Shown: one piece after another, positions 39,767 to 49,775 of the stretch | Numbering within the stretch: the first letter of the stretch is position 1 | Layout of the letters: every line of letters begins with the position of its first letter | NCBI GenBank assembly: GCA_000092065.1 | Contig: CP000588.1 | DNA from: Ostreococcus lucimarinus | Taxonomy: Eukaryota | Length of the DNA: 64,000 nt | Reading direction: 5' to 3' (one strand) | The notes under the pieces: model-generated | What the model was told of the DNA's origin: nothing | What the model saw: the letters and a program-made list of their open reading frames with translations, nothing else | Database searches by the model: none | Translations under genes and position numbers: made by a program

Positions 39767-42700
39767 TCACTTGGCGACGAGCGCCTGCATTTGTTCGATG
39801 CGAGATCGAACGACGGCGAGTTGCTCTTGCAACTCGCTCAACTCCTTCTGCGCTTTTTCTACGACCGCCGCGGGGGCTTTGTCGACGAACGCGGGCGAGT
39901 TGACGCGATCAGCCAGCCCATCGATTTCCTTTTGCATCTTTGTCTCTTGCTTCGTGAGGCGGGCGATTTCTTTAACCGGATCCGCGAGACCCGCGAGCGG
40001 CAAGTACACCTCCAGGCTTTCGTTGACGATGATTTGAACGAAATTCTCCGGCGCGCTCGCGACTTCGGTGGGTGGCGCGCTCGCGACGGACGTTTGCTCG
40101 GCGTCTAAACGCGCGAGCGTGGCGATAAGATTCAACTCGGCGCTGTACGCCGCGTTCGCTTCGGCATCCGTCGCTACGATGACGGCGGGAATACGCTTCG
40201 CCGGCTCCACCGAGTACTCGGCGCGCGCGTTGCGAATACGCGTGACGATCGATTGTAAGTTTTCAAACGTCGACACTGCGGATTTGTCCACGTAAGCTTC
40301 AAGCGCGGGCCAGTCTTGGCCTATCAACGCCTCGCCGCGATGCGGAAGCGCTTGCCAAACTTCCTCCGTCACGTACGGCACGAATGGGTGGAGCAATCGA
40401 AGCGTTTGATCCAAAACGTACAGCGTCACCGCTTTGGTGACTCGCGCGGCGTCGGCATCGTCTCCGTACGTGCGACTTTTAGCGCCTTCAATGAACCAAT
40501 CGGCAAAGGAGTCGTAGAAGAACGTGTACGTCGATCTACCAGCCTCACCAAAGTCGTACTTGTCTTGCGCGGCGGTGACGTGATCCACCGTCGCGTTCAA
40601 TTTGCTCACGATCCAACGCTCGGCGAGCGGAAGCTCGGCAATTGACGCTTCATCGGCGCAAAGCGCAGCACCTTCGTCGACGAGCGCCATGCGCTCATCG
40701 TCTGTCATGTCCTCCATACTATACAGCACAAACTTACCGGCGTTCCAAATCTTGTTGGTGAAGTTTCTGTTCGACGCCAAACGTTCGAGGTTCAAGTTCA
40801 AGTCTTGACCGGGCGTGGTGCCGGTGGCGAGCGTGAATCGTAAAGCGTCGCAGCCTTGCTCAGCGATGACGCCTAACGGATCCACGACGTTACCAAGCGA
40901 TTTGCTCATTTTGCGACCTTGCGAATCGCGGACGAGGCCGTGGAGAAAGACAGTGTGGAAGGGTAATTTCCCCGTCATCCCGTACGACATCATGATCATA
41001 CGCGCCACCCAAAAGAATAAAATATCGTGCCCAGTCTCAAGCACGCTCGCCGGAAAGAAATTTTTCATGTCAGGAGCTTCTTCGTTGGGCCACCCACACG
41101 TGCTGAACGGCCACAGACCAGAAGAAAACCAAGTGTCGAGCACGTCTTCTTCACGGTACAACACGACGTTTTCGCCGTATTGCGCCTTCGCTTTTTCTGC
41201 GGCGTCGGCGTCATTTCGCGCCACTACGTATCGCTTATTCGTGCCTTTACCTTCCCCCTCTCTCGCACGCGCGAGATCTTCTTCAGAATCGTGCACGTAC
41301 CACACTGGGATTTGATGACCCCACCACAGCTGTCTCGAGATGCACCAATCTCGGATATCCGTCAACCAAGACTTGTAAATTTTCTCAAAACGCTGCGGGA
41401 TGATGGTGAGTTCGCCAGTCTCCACAGCCTTCAGCGAGGGCTCCGCCATGGTTTCCATCTTACAGAACCATTGCTCAGAAACAATTGGTTCGATGATTTC
41501 GCCACCCCGCTGCGAGCGAGGCACGCGGTTCGTATACGGCTCCGCCTTGATTGCTAAACCTTCCGCCTCCATATCCGCCCAGAGTTGCTTTCGGCAATCC
41601 GCGCGATCGATGCCGGCATACTTGCCGCAGTTAGAGTTCATGGAACCATCTTTGTTCATAATATTGATCAAATCCAAGCCCACACGCTTGCCGATTTCGT
41701 AATCATTCGGGTCGTGTCCCGGCGTGATCTTCAACGCCCCCGTGCCGAATTCCATGTCCACGTACGAGTCGCCGATGATGGGCACGGTGCGACCGTTGGT
41801 GAAGGGCACGACGCATCTCTTCCCGATCATGTGCTTGAAGCGATCGTCTTCTGGGTTGACCGCGACTGCAGTGTCACCAAGAATCGTTTCCGGACGCGTC
41901 GTTGCCACCGGAAGGTAGTCGTCCGCGCCGCCGCCCTCGACCGGGTACTTGAAAAAGTACAACGTCCCCGGCTCTTCGGTGTACTCGACCTCCAAGTCAC
42001 TCACCGCGGTTTGCAACTTCGGCGCCCAGTTCACCATGTAGGTTCCTTTATAAATGAGACCGCGATCGTGCAGCGTGATGAATGCCTCGAGCACGCTCTC
42101 AGATAACCCCTCGTCGAGCGTAAATCTCTCGCGAGACCAATCGCAAGACGCCCCCAACCTCTTAATCTGCTGCTGAATCCGTCCCCCATACTCGGCCTTC
42201 CACTCCCACACTCGCTCCACGAACTCATCGCGCGTCATATCCGTTCGTTTCACTCCCTCGCTCTCTAACTTTCTCTCCACGACCAATTGCGTGGCGATGC
42301 CCGCGTGGTCCGTCCCCGGCAGCCACAGCGTCTTGCGACCACGCATTCGCGCGCTTCGAGTCATCACGTCCTGCAGCGTCACGAACATCGCGTGTCCCAT
42401 GTGCAGCGCTCCCGTGACATTCGGTGGCGGCATCGGGATCACGAACGGCGGTCCCGTGGCCGTCTCATCGTTCGGGGCAAAGTATCCGCGCGACTCCCAC
42501 CACTCGTACAGGTTTTCCTCCACGTTTTGGTGCTCAAAGTTCTTCGGCAGGTCTCCGTGTCGTTTTCCGGGCTTGGGCATAGTTTTCATCGTCGCGCACG
42601 ACGGATACGACGTCGTCGCGCGCGTTCGCACCGCGATTCGCGCCCCGCACGTCCGCGCAGACGGTATCGTCGGCGCATTTCTGTCCGTCACTGGGGTGGC

Positions 42701-42817
42701 CAGTGCGAGCTTTCTATTCGACGCCGCGCTCGCGAGCACGCGTCCGTACGCGTGAGGACACGCGCGTGGGTGCCTTGCGAGCGTGACGCGCGCGAGCGTG
42801 CGAAGGCCGCTCGCCAT
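39767..42817 (-). CDS. Valyl-tRNA synthetase with a C-terminal coiled coil and a transit peptide. A second in-frame Met at 42589 could give a cytosolic isoform.
   Basis: It has the HMGH-type motif (PNVTGALHMGHAM), KMSKS, editing and anticodon-binding domains and a C-terminal coiled coil. A start at 42922 would leave only 30 bp to the next gene, so I prefer 42817. Confidence 0.9.
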   Translation of the reverse strand: MASGLRTLARVTLARHPRACPHAYGRVLASAASNRKLALATPVTDRNAPTIPSARTCGARIAVRTRATTSYPSCATMKTMPKPGKRHGDLPKNFEHQNVEENLYEWWESRGYFAPNDETATGPPFVIPMPPPNVTGALHMGHAMFVTLQDVMTRSARMRGRKTLWLPGTDHAGIATQLVVERKLESEGVKRTDMTRDEFVERVWEWKAEYGGRIQQQIKRLGASCDWSRERFTLDEGLSESVLEAFITLHDRGLIYKGTYMVNWAPKLQTAVSDLEVEYTEEPGTLYFFKYPVEGGGADDYLPVATTRPETILGDTAVAVNPEDDRFKHMIGKRCVVPFTNGRTVPIIGDSYVDMEFGTGALKITPGHDPNDYEIGKRVGLDLINIMNKDGSMNSNCGKYAGIDRADCRKQLWADMEAEGLAIKAEPYTNRVPRSQRGGEIIEPIVSEQWFCKMETMAEPSLKAVETGELTIIPQRFEKIYKSWLTDIRDWCISRQLWWGHQIPVWYVHDSEEDLARAREGEGKGTNKRYVVARNDADAAEKAKAQYGENVVLYREEDVLDTWFSSGLWPFSTCGWPNEEAPDMKNFFPASVLETGHDILFFWVARMIMMSYGMTGKLPFHTVFLHGLVRDSQGRKMSKSLGNVVDPLGVIAEQGCDALRFTLATGTTPGQDLNLNLERLASNRNFTNKIWNAGKFVLYSMEDMTDDERMALVDEGAALCADEASIAELPLAERWIVSKLNATVDHVTAAQDKYDFGEAGRSTYTFFYDSFADWFIEGAKSRTYGDDADAARVTKAVTLYVLDQTLRLLHPFVPYVTEEVWQALPHRGEALIGQDWPALEAYVDKSAVSTFENLQSIVTRIRNARAEYSVEPAKRIPAVIVATDAEANAAYSAELNLIATLARLDAEQTSVASAPPTEVASAPENFVQIIVNESLEVYLPLAGLADPVKEIARLTKQETKMQKEIDGLADRVNSPAFVDKAPAAVVEKAQKELSELQEQLAVVRSRIEQMQALVAK

Positions 42818-42952
42818 GACGACGAGGACGCGCGCCGGTGTGTGGGGGACGCCGACGCGGGCGGGACTGAGGTTTTCGGAGCGTTCGGCGAGCGTCTGAT
42901 GAAATGTCGGTGAATGAATCATCGCAAAGGGTAAAAGTACTCGGTGACTCTT

Positions 42953-43867
42953 TTAATCGTCGTCTTCGTATTCGTACGCCGCTTCGGTCCACGCCGACGG
43001 GACGGATTCGATGTCGACGGCGCCGACGGCGTCGACTGGGTCGTCGGAAGACTGAATCGAGGTCTTCTCTTCGGCGGTGAGCGGCGGTTGGCCGTATCGC
43101 TTGCGAAGCGCGTCCGTGGCCGAGATCAATGCTGATACCTGTTCGCCGTCGAACTCGTCGTCGCCGTCGAACGGGAGCAAGACGTGATCGATCGAGTGCA
43201 AAATGGCCCCGCACGCGCGAATATCCGCTTCGACGATTCGCGCGTCGGACCCGAGTCCTGAGATTACCACACCGTTCGCCTTCTGTTCGACCACGTACAG
43301 CGGCATGACGTTGTTGAGATAATCTTCGAGAAAGCGATCGTCGCCACGAAGTTGTTCGAGCTGTGACATCGTGTACGTGGCGTTTGGCACGGCGTGGTAC
43401 GCCAAAAGGTAGGCTCTCATCAATCGCGTGGAGCCAAACGCGTCCACGAGATCGCGCCGCGCAGCTTCCCAATCTTCCCAAGCTCGCAGCTTCTCGATCG
43501 CATCGTTCGTCGGACAGAACAAGGTGAAAACTCTCGTGGGGTCTTGCAGCTTGTCCTTGATTCTCGGCAGCGTGTCTATGACTTGTTTCAATTCCGACAG
43601 TTCAGGTCGACGCGCGATTTGATCGTACGCGACGACGCAGTGACCATCTTCACGCAACACGGGCGCAACCTCTGTCGCGTCGTTACTGTCGTAACTTTCG
43701 AGTAACTTTCGACCGATACCAACGCGATCGGCGGCGCGAGGTCCGATCCCACGTCCAGAGATTCGGCGTCCACCGACGGCGCGTCCTCGGTACCGCGCGT
43801 CGACGCGCAGCGCCAGGAGAGAAAACAAAGCGACGAGGAAGCCGCGCAGATGAGACGCGCGCGTCAT
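42953..43867 (-). CDS. Secreted fasciclin (FAS1) domain protein.
   Basis: It has a signal peptide (MTRASHLRGFLVALFSLLALRVDA) and FAS1 motifs (TLFCPTNDAIEKL, ILHSIDHVLLP). It starts at an internal ATG. Confidence 0.75.
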   Translation of the reverse strand: MTRASHLRGFLVALFSLLALRVDARYRGRAVGGRRISGRGIGPRAADRVGIGRKLLESYDSNDATEVAPVLREDGHCVVAYDQIARRPELSELKQVIDTLPRIKDKLQDPTRVFTLFCPTNDAIEKLRAWEDWEAARRDLVDAFGSTRLMRAYLLAYHAVPNATYTMSQLEQLRGDDRFLEDYLNNVMPLYVVEQKANGVVISGLGSDARIVEADIRACGAILHSIDHVLLPFDGDDEFDGEQVSALISATDALRKRYGQPPLTAEEKTSIQSSDDPVDAVGAVDIESVPSAWTEAAYEYEDDD

Positions 43868-43895
43868 GAGTGCGTGAGAGTGCGTGAGAGTGCGT
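43861..43895. repeat. (AGTGCGTGAG)x3 tandem repeat at the start / 5' UTR of the fasciclin gene.
   Basis: Three perfect 10-bp units are visible. A (CGTTCT)n tract follows at about 43990-44010. Confidence 0.6.
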
Positions 43896-44148
43896 GAGAG
43901 TGCGAAAACGTCACTTTCGTGTGGTTCGATCGTTGTCACGAACGTCGTCGCGCGCGCGAGTGTGGTCCCCAGCGAGTTCCTCGTTCTCGTTCTCGTTCTC
44001 GGTCTCTGTCTCGGCGCGATGATGGTTGGTTGGCAGCGCAAAAGAATTTATTGAACAAAAGTGATCCTAAGAATCGCTTGATGACGTGTTGCGAAGAAGG
44101 AGAAGTCGTTAAATACTTGTATACAGCAGCAGCAGCGGCAGCTCATGA

Positions 44149-45225
44149 TCACGAGAACGAAGTGAACAACGTTCCGTCATCCGGACCGCCAAACTCGCTC
44201 GAATTCATCAACACGTAGTCGAGAGCATCCATATCGTCGCCGTTACCGGTGCTCATCGATCGATCAGACAACGTACTTGGGTACGTGCCTTCGTCGTAGT
44301 TTACCTGCGTCGCCGCTCGCAACGCGTTCGAGTCCACCACACACTCGAGCTGATTGAGATTTTTTGTGAAACTGTCCGTGTAGTTGAGTCGCAATCCAAG
44401 CGGGAGTTCCCGCATGTCAGGCATGCTCAACGCGCGATTCATAGTATTGCCGTGGAAGAACTGTAACTCGTCTGGTGACGTGCCCAGCATTTGGTCGAAA
44501 GCGCGTTGGTACGCGACCGCGGTCGCTCCCGTCTGCTTCTTCGCGGCCGCGGCGGGCGCGCGCTTGAGCTTTGCGCTCTTCGTTTTCAACTTTGACGCCG
44601 CGTTCATCGACGTTTCGCGCACCTTACGCGTCTCTGTCTCGGCTAGTAGCATCGCTTGACGTGCGTTCATCGCATCCAGACTCATCGGTGGCGTCGGCGA
44701 ACGCAACTGCGCCTCACCGTACGCCACGGCGTCGAGCACGTTCATGCCGCGGCAAAACGGCTTCGTAAAGTTGTGCACATTCGTCGCGCTCGACGATCGC
44801 TTCAGCGTCTCTAAAACCTCGGGGTCGTCCTTCTCCTTGATCATCTTCCGAACCGTATGCTGCCACAAATTGGCCGTATTCTGCTTCACGAGCGGATATC
44901 GAATCACGTCCACCACCCCCATCGAAATCGCCTGGACGATAAACTCCCGCTCCGCCGCGTCGCTATCATCCGTCTGCAACACAACGATCGCCACCTTCTT
45001 CGCCACGATCGGAAACATCCGCGCGCACCTCGAGTGCGGATTTTCCAGGCACGATCGCAGCATCTTCGCCTCCACCAGCATCACGTCTCGTCTCGGCGCC
45101 GGCTCTCGCGTCAGCGACTGCGCCGCCTCCTCCATCCCTCGCATCGTCGTCACCCTATACGACGCCCCCTCGAGCATCTTCACCGCCGCTTCCAGATGCG
45201 CGCCCGCTTCGCTCACCACCACCAC
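44149..45225 (-). CDS. Pseudo-response-regulator-like protein with a receiver-like domain that carries Glu at the phospho-acceptor position and has no CCT motif.
   Basis: The receiver-fold pattern is present (MVVVSEAG..., DVMLVEAKM in place of llDxxMP, IVVLQTDDSD, GVVDVIRYPL). The C-terminal half is unrelated to the CCT domain. Confidence 0.45.
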   Translation of the reverse strand: MVVVSEAGAHLEAAVKMLEGASYRVTTMRGMEEAAQSLTREPAPRRDVMLVEAKMLRSCLENPHSRCARMFPIVAKKVAIVVLQTDDSDAAEREFIVQAISMGVVDVIRYPLVKQNTANLWQHTVRKMIKEKDDPEVLETLKRSSSATNVHNFTKPFCRGMNVLDAVAYGEAQLRSPTPPMSLDAMNARQAMLLAETETRKVRETSMNAASKLKTKSAKLKRAPAAAAKKQTGATAVAYQRAFDQMLGTSPDELQFFHGNTMNRALSMPDMRELPLGLRLNYTDSFTKNLNQLECVVDSNALRAATQVNYDEGTYPSTLSDRSMSTGNGDDMDALDYVLMNSSEFGGPDDGTLFTSFS

Positions 45226-45717
45226 CTGTTCGTTCGTTCGCGCGTCGTTCGCGCGTCGTCAGTCATCGCGGCTCGCGTTCGAATCGTTTCGATTCGATTA
45301 ATCTTTCGGATAGCGTCCGCGTCGTCGCGCGTCTCGCCTCGCGCGCGCGCGGCGTCGCACCTCGAGCCCGCTCGGGAACCCCGGGCGCGTGTGTCGAAGG
45401 TAATCCATCGCCGACGCCGAGTTTCCCCGGTTTCGAGCGCTCGCGGACGGCATCGCGCGCGTCGCGTCGCGCCGCGTCGCGCTCTCGCGCGCGTCGCGCC
45501 GCGCGCGCGCGCCGTCGCGGTTTTTTATCGTCTCCATCGCCGCATTCAGGGCGCTCGGTGCCCCATCGAGGACGATGCAAACATCGGACATACGGGTATG
45601 CGTTATGTGTGAGACGGAATCTTCGATCGAGACGTGCCGACAGACGTGCCGACAGACGGTTGCGGCGTTCGGCGACGCGTTCGGCGTCGACGCGACGCGG
45701 TCGACGCGGCGTCGCGC

Positions 45718-46917
45718 ATGGACCGCCGACGGGAGCGTCGATCGATCGACCGCGCGTCGTCGCGCGATCGCGAGGCGCTCGAACTGAAGCGCAAGCTCGA
45801 GGCGTCGGCGGCGAATTTGGCGCGACTCGTCCGACGCAAGGAGGCGCTCGCGCGCGCGGTCGCGACGCCGTCGACGCCGGACGCGGGCGGGGTCTCGAGC
45901 GCGTCGATGACGAATGACGAGACGCGCGAGGTGACGCCGGACGACGAGGACGTGGACGCGGTCGAGCGAGGGGAGGGATTTCTGTCCAAGACGATGCAAA
46001 AGTTTTTGCAGAGGCAGTGCGTGCCGGCGGCGAAGAAGATGGCGATTTCGCCGGCGAAGGCGGCGAAGGCGGCGAAGGCGGCGAAGGCGAAGGCTGGACG
46101 AGGACGATTGCCCGTCCGGGAGTACGCGCCGAAAGTGGCGACGATGGCGAAGAGACTCGGGGATGAGGTCGGGAAGAAGTCGGCGGCGAGGGAGAAGAAG
46201 CGCAAGCTGAACGACGAGCAACTCGCGGAGTGCTACACCGTCATGCACGCGGCGGTCGATGCGGGTGATCTCGAGCGATGCGAAGAGTTGCGCAAATACT
46301 TCGTGAGACACGAGGGAAAGTTCTCCAACCCGTACAAATGGGATCACGAGCTCGTCGCGTGCTGCTCGCGAGACGGACGCCGACCGATCGCAACGCTCGC
46401 GTGGGCCTTCAGCAAAGGCGCGCGACGCGACGCCAAAGCCGCATTTTTCGCGTGCGAACGCGTCGATCACGAGTTACGTCGAGATGAAGACGGCAACTAC
46501 ACCGATTCTTTGACCGTTTTACAGTTCTTACACGAGCACGGCGTGCGCATCGATTACGACACCATGTACTGCGCGTGCGAGTTCGGCAATCTCGCCTGCC
46601 TCGAGTGGATGCACCAAAACATTCGCGGGCTCAGATTCGCCGATTGGCCCACGTCCAAAAATCCTCAAGGTCAAGACAACGATTTGATGCTCATCGCCGC
46701 CAAAAACGGCCACTTACCCGTGCTCCAGTACCTCTACGACAACGACTGCGATTTCACCGACGCCGACGCGCGAGACGCGATCGAACAAGTCATGAACCGC
46801 GAACCGTCCTCGCCTTTGGGCTGGCACGCCGTCGTGCGATGGATACAGAACACCGACGAATACAAAGCGTACCGCTCGGTCGACGAAGACGACCCGCTCG
46901 CCGCGCGCGCGAACTAG
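45718..46917 (+). CDS. Ankyrin-repeat protein.
   Basis: Ankyrin-like repeats are present (DNDLMLIAAKNGHLPVLQYLYDN). There is a coding (GCGAAG)n tract that encodes AKAAKAAKA. The start is the ATG at 45718. The track start at 45634 is a GTG. Confidence 0.55.
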   Translation: MDRRRERRSIDRASSRDREALELKRKLEASAANLARLVRRKEALARAVATPSTPDAGGVSSASMTNDETREVTPDDEDVDAVERGEGFLSKTMQKFLQRQCVPAAKKMAISPAKAAKAAKAAKAKAGRGRLPVREYAPKVATMAKRLGDEVGKKSAAREKKRKLNDEQLAECYTVMHAAVDAGDLERCEELRKYFVRHEGKFSNPYKWDHELVACCSRDGRRPIATLAWAFSKGARRDAKAAFFACERVDHELRRDEDGNYTDSLTVLQFLHEHGVRIDYDTMYCACEFGNLACLEWMHQNIRGLRFADWPTSKNPQGQDNDLMLIAAKNGHLPVLQYLYDNDCDFTDADARDAIEQVMNREPSSPLGWHAVVRWIQNTDEYKAYRSVDEDDPLAARAN

Positions 46918-47077
46918 CCGATTAGCCAAACTTCAACGCTCGACGCCTTCGTCGGTTCGCCGCCATATCCACCGTCGCCGCGAAAGATATCTTTGTCGCT
47001 CCCATCGCCTCGTCGTCACTCGTCGGCGCGCTCTCGCGCCCGCCCGCTCGCCGGCGCGCGCGCGACGGACGACGACG

Positions 47078-47953
47078 ATGCGCGCGACGGCGTCGACGAC
47101 GACGCGCGCGCACGGCGCGAGTCATCGTCCGCGTCGTCGCCGCGCGCTCGAGCGCGCGGCGACGACGCGAACGCTCCGAGCGCTCCGCGAGCCCGACGTG
47201 AACGACGCGGTGGACGAGATCGCGAGCGACGACGCGAACGACGACGCGAACGAGCGATTGGACGCGTTTCTGCGACGAAAGGGGCGACACGCGTCGTTCA
47301 GCGCGACGAAGATTGCGTCGCGGCGCGTGCATCAGGCGCCCGAGGCGCGAGCGGTTCGAGCGTACATGTCGCTGCCGGCGTCGCAGTACAGCACGCTGGA
47401 CGGAGAGTCGGTCGAACGCGTGAGCGATGATACGTTCAAGGTGGAACTGAGCGAGTTGGCGTTTTTGGGGTTGTCGTTACGGCCGAGATTGAAGGCGAAG
47501 GTGCGAGTGCGAGACGACGGGAGCGGGTGCGAGGTGCGCGTGGAGGATATGGAGTTGACGGGGAGCGGAGTAGTGGAATACGCGAGCGATGCGTTTGAGA
47601 TTGTGAGTGTGAACAACGTCACGTGGTGCGACGTCGAAAGCGAGGCGTTGAGCGCGGAGGAACGCGCGGTGGTGGAGTCGCGGGGCGGGGAGTATAAGGA
47701 GTTGACGAGCGAGACGAGCGTGCGGGTGTACATCATCGTACCGGGGTGGTTTCCGTTCACGATCAAGTCCACCGAGCGCACGGGGCGGTTCGTGGTGAAC
47801 CAGGTCGTCGCGCAGGTGGTGCCGAGATTTTTAAATCAGCTCGCGGAGGATTACGGGACGTGGTCGCGCGGCGACGATTCGCGAACGGCGAGCGCGAAAG
47901 GGATGTTTGATTGCGACGTCGACGACTCCGCGCAGGAGTGCGAGGCGGTGTAA
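47078..47953 (+). CDS. DUF1997-family protein (cyanobacteria/plastid lineage) with a transit peptide.
   Basis: The conserved DUF1997 core is present (YMSLPASQYSTLDGESVERVSDDTFKVELSELAFLGLSLRP...VYIIVPGWFPF). Confidence 0.5.
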   Translation: MRATASTTTRAHGASHRPRRRRALERAATTRTLRALREPDVNDAVDEIASDDANDDANERLDAFLRRKGRHASFSATKIASRRVHQAPEARAVRAYMSLPASQYSTLDGESVERVSDDTFKVELSELAFLGLSLRPRLKAKVRVRDDGSGCEVRVEDMELTGSGVVEYASDAFEIVSVNNVTWCDVESEALSAEERAVVESRGGEYKELTSETSVRVYIIVPGWFPFTIKSTERTGRFVVNQVVAQVVPRFLNQLAEDYGTWSRGDDSRTASAKGMFDCDVDDSAQECEAV

Positions 47954-48006
47954 GTAAAGGTTGGTGATGATGTAATACGACTAATATCGAGTGCGCGCGA
48001 TTGTGT

Positions 48007-48546
48007 CTAAACTTCCTCTTTTCTCATCGCCGCGTGGACGAGGATGTAGGATTCGGCAAGTCGCGTGAAGACTAGCGAGGCGACGTACGTGATGTACCCG
48101 AAGACTGCGATAACGGCGGTCGTTGCCCATCTCAAATGCGAGCACTCGAGCTCACCGAGCGCTTCAGTCGGCATCTTACACGCATCATATGTGGAGTACA
48201 TGATCGCAAAGCCCTTTGAGATTGTGAGCGACATGAACATCGCCATAGCGTTCCGCATATGAGAGGCGTAACCGAGCGAGCGGCCGCGCGGTAAGAAGCT
48301 CGCTTGCCTGCAGATGATGGTGGTTAAAATTGCTAAACCTGCACTTCCTACGAATTCGGCGTTGCCCTCGACGCACATGACGACTATGAAGTATATCGCC
48401 GCCGCCAACGGACCGAACGAGAGGCTGTACAAGCGCTTGAGCGCCAGCGCGCACTCAGGCGGGACCTGATTCTCCGCCAAGCAAAGAGCGAATCGATCAT
48501 CCTCCGGCCTGAAGTATGACTCGAACGCATCGAGAAAGTTTGTCAT
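48007..48546 (-). CDS. Hypothetical four-TM membrane protein with low GC content.
   Basis: It has four hydrophobic helices and no recognised family. Local GC is about 50%. Confidence 0.4.
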   Translation of the reverse strand: MTNFLDAFESYFRPEDDRFALCLAENQVPPECALALKRLYSLSFGPLAAAIYFIVVMCVEGNAEFVGSAGLAILTTIICRQASFLPRGRSLGYASHMRNAMAMFMSLTISKGFAIMYSTYDACKMPTEALGELECSHLRWATTAVIAVFGYITYVASLVFTRLAESYILVHAAMRKEEV

Positions 48547-48705
48547 CGCTGAACAACCGCGTGCGTCGACGAGTGAGCGTTTTTATTTTTGTTCGCCGTC
48601 GCATCGATATTGTCAAGCCATAGCCCGCGAAGTCTCGTCGTTGGATGGTGCACCATCTAAAATCTCATCTTTCATCATCGTATCGTGGCGTTCGTATCGG
48701 GTTGA

Positions 48706-49698
48706 CTAAACAAAGTATCCGTAAGTTCCTGCGTCGTGCCAGCACCGCGCGAGATCGATTTCGACGGATCGAGCGGCGCGTTCGGCCCGATCGTTTCTCG
48801 CCATCAACGCGGAGAAGCATTTACGCGCGACGATAAACGCGATTCCGGACGCGGTGACGACGACGATGACGTCTGTGAGCGATGATGCTTCTTTTTGTAG
48901 ATCGAATTTGCGCCGCGCCATCCGTCTCGTGCAGCGCACAAAGCGATCCCACAAATCTCGACTCAACGGTGCGATGGCTTCGGCGCCTTCTCGCGCGACT
49001 CGATAGATTCGCTTCTCGAGCTCACGGTACGCTTCGATCGCTTTCAAACGCAATCGATCGAATGCGTTATCTCGTATGTCGACATCTGATTTCGAGATCA
49101 CCTCGACCGCGTCGTCGTCCTCCGCGTCGTCGTCCTCCGCGTCGCTCTCCTCGCCGAATTCCGTTTGGGACGACGAATCCTCGGATTCGTCGTCGTCGTC
49201 GTCGTCGTCGTCGTTCGCCGACACCGCCTCGTCCTCCCGCACCGCCGCGCGCCGCGCTAGCCGTGCCCGATCAAGCTCCATTCTGACTTGAAACTGCGCG
49301 TAATATTCCGCGACCAGGGCAGCGTCCTCCCCCGGGAGCGGCGGAATCGTTCTCGCCGTCTCGGCGTCCGCCGTCTCGGCCATCGCATCCATCGCATCCA
49401 TCTCCCTCTTCCCGCGCGCGTCCGCGCCCTCGTCCTCATCCATCGTCTCGACGTTGACATCGCCGTCGCCGTCGCCGTCGCCGTCTTCCGCCTCGTCGTC
49501 CGCGACCTCGCTCGAGACCTCTCCGTCGTCGTCGTCGCGCCGCGCCGGCGCGCGCACCACGACCCAATCATCATCGTCGTCGTCCTCGCCCTCGACGCCC
49601 GCGTCGCGCGTTCGCGCGGCGCCCGAGAGAGACACCTCCGTCGCGACGGCGCGCGCGTCGAGACGCGTCCATCGCGCGCCCGCGCCGCGCGTTTCCAT
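48706..49698 (-). CDS. Hypothetical acidic protein with a C-terminal TM helix. It is D/E-rich and encoded partly by (GTCGTC)n tracts.
   Basis: Long poly-D/E tracts are present, and a C-terminal hydrophobic segment (VIVVVTASGIAFIVA) suggests tail anchoring. Confidence 0.35.
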   Translation of the reverse strand: METRGAGARWTRLDARAVATEVSLSGAARTRDAGVEGEDDDDDDWVVVRAPARRDDDDGEVSSEVADDEAEDGDGDGDGDVNVETMDEDEGADARGKREMDAMDAMAETADAETARTIPPLPGEDAALVAEYYAQFQVRMELDRARLARRAAVREDEAVSANDDDDDDDDESEDSSSQTEFGEESDAEDDDAEDDDAVEVISKSDVDIRDNAFDRLRLKAIEAYRELEKRIYRVAREGAEAIAPLSRDLWDRFVRCTRRMARRKFDLQKEASSLTDVIVVVTASGIAFIVARKCFSALMARNDRAERAARSVEIDLARCWHDAGTYGYFV

Positions 49699-49775
49699 TC
49701 GTTTCCGCGCGCGTCGCAGTGGCGCGAGGGAAGCCGAATCGTCATTCCGCGCCGCGCGCGCCGACGATCGTCGCC

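Noticed and set aside
45226-45330. A tRNA-like T-loop string (GCGTTCGAATCG) and other GTTCGA matches.
   Set aside because: There is no complementary acceptor stem and no cloverleaf. I could not support any tRNA or rRNA gene by eye.
49076-49560. (GTCGTC)n / (GAC)n tracts, considered as satellite DNA.
   Set aside because: They lie inside coding sequence and encode poly-Asp/Glu tails. They are coding microsatellites rather than intergenic satellites.
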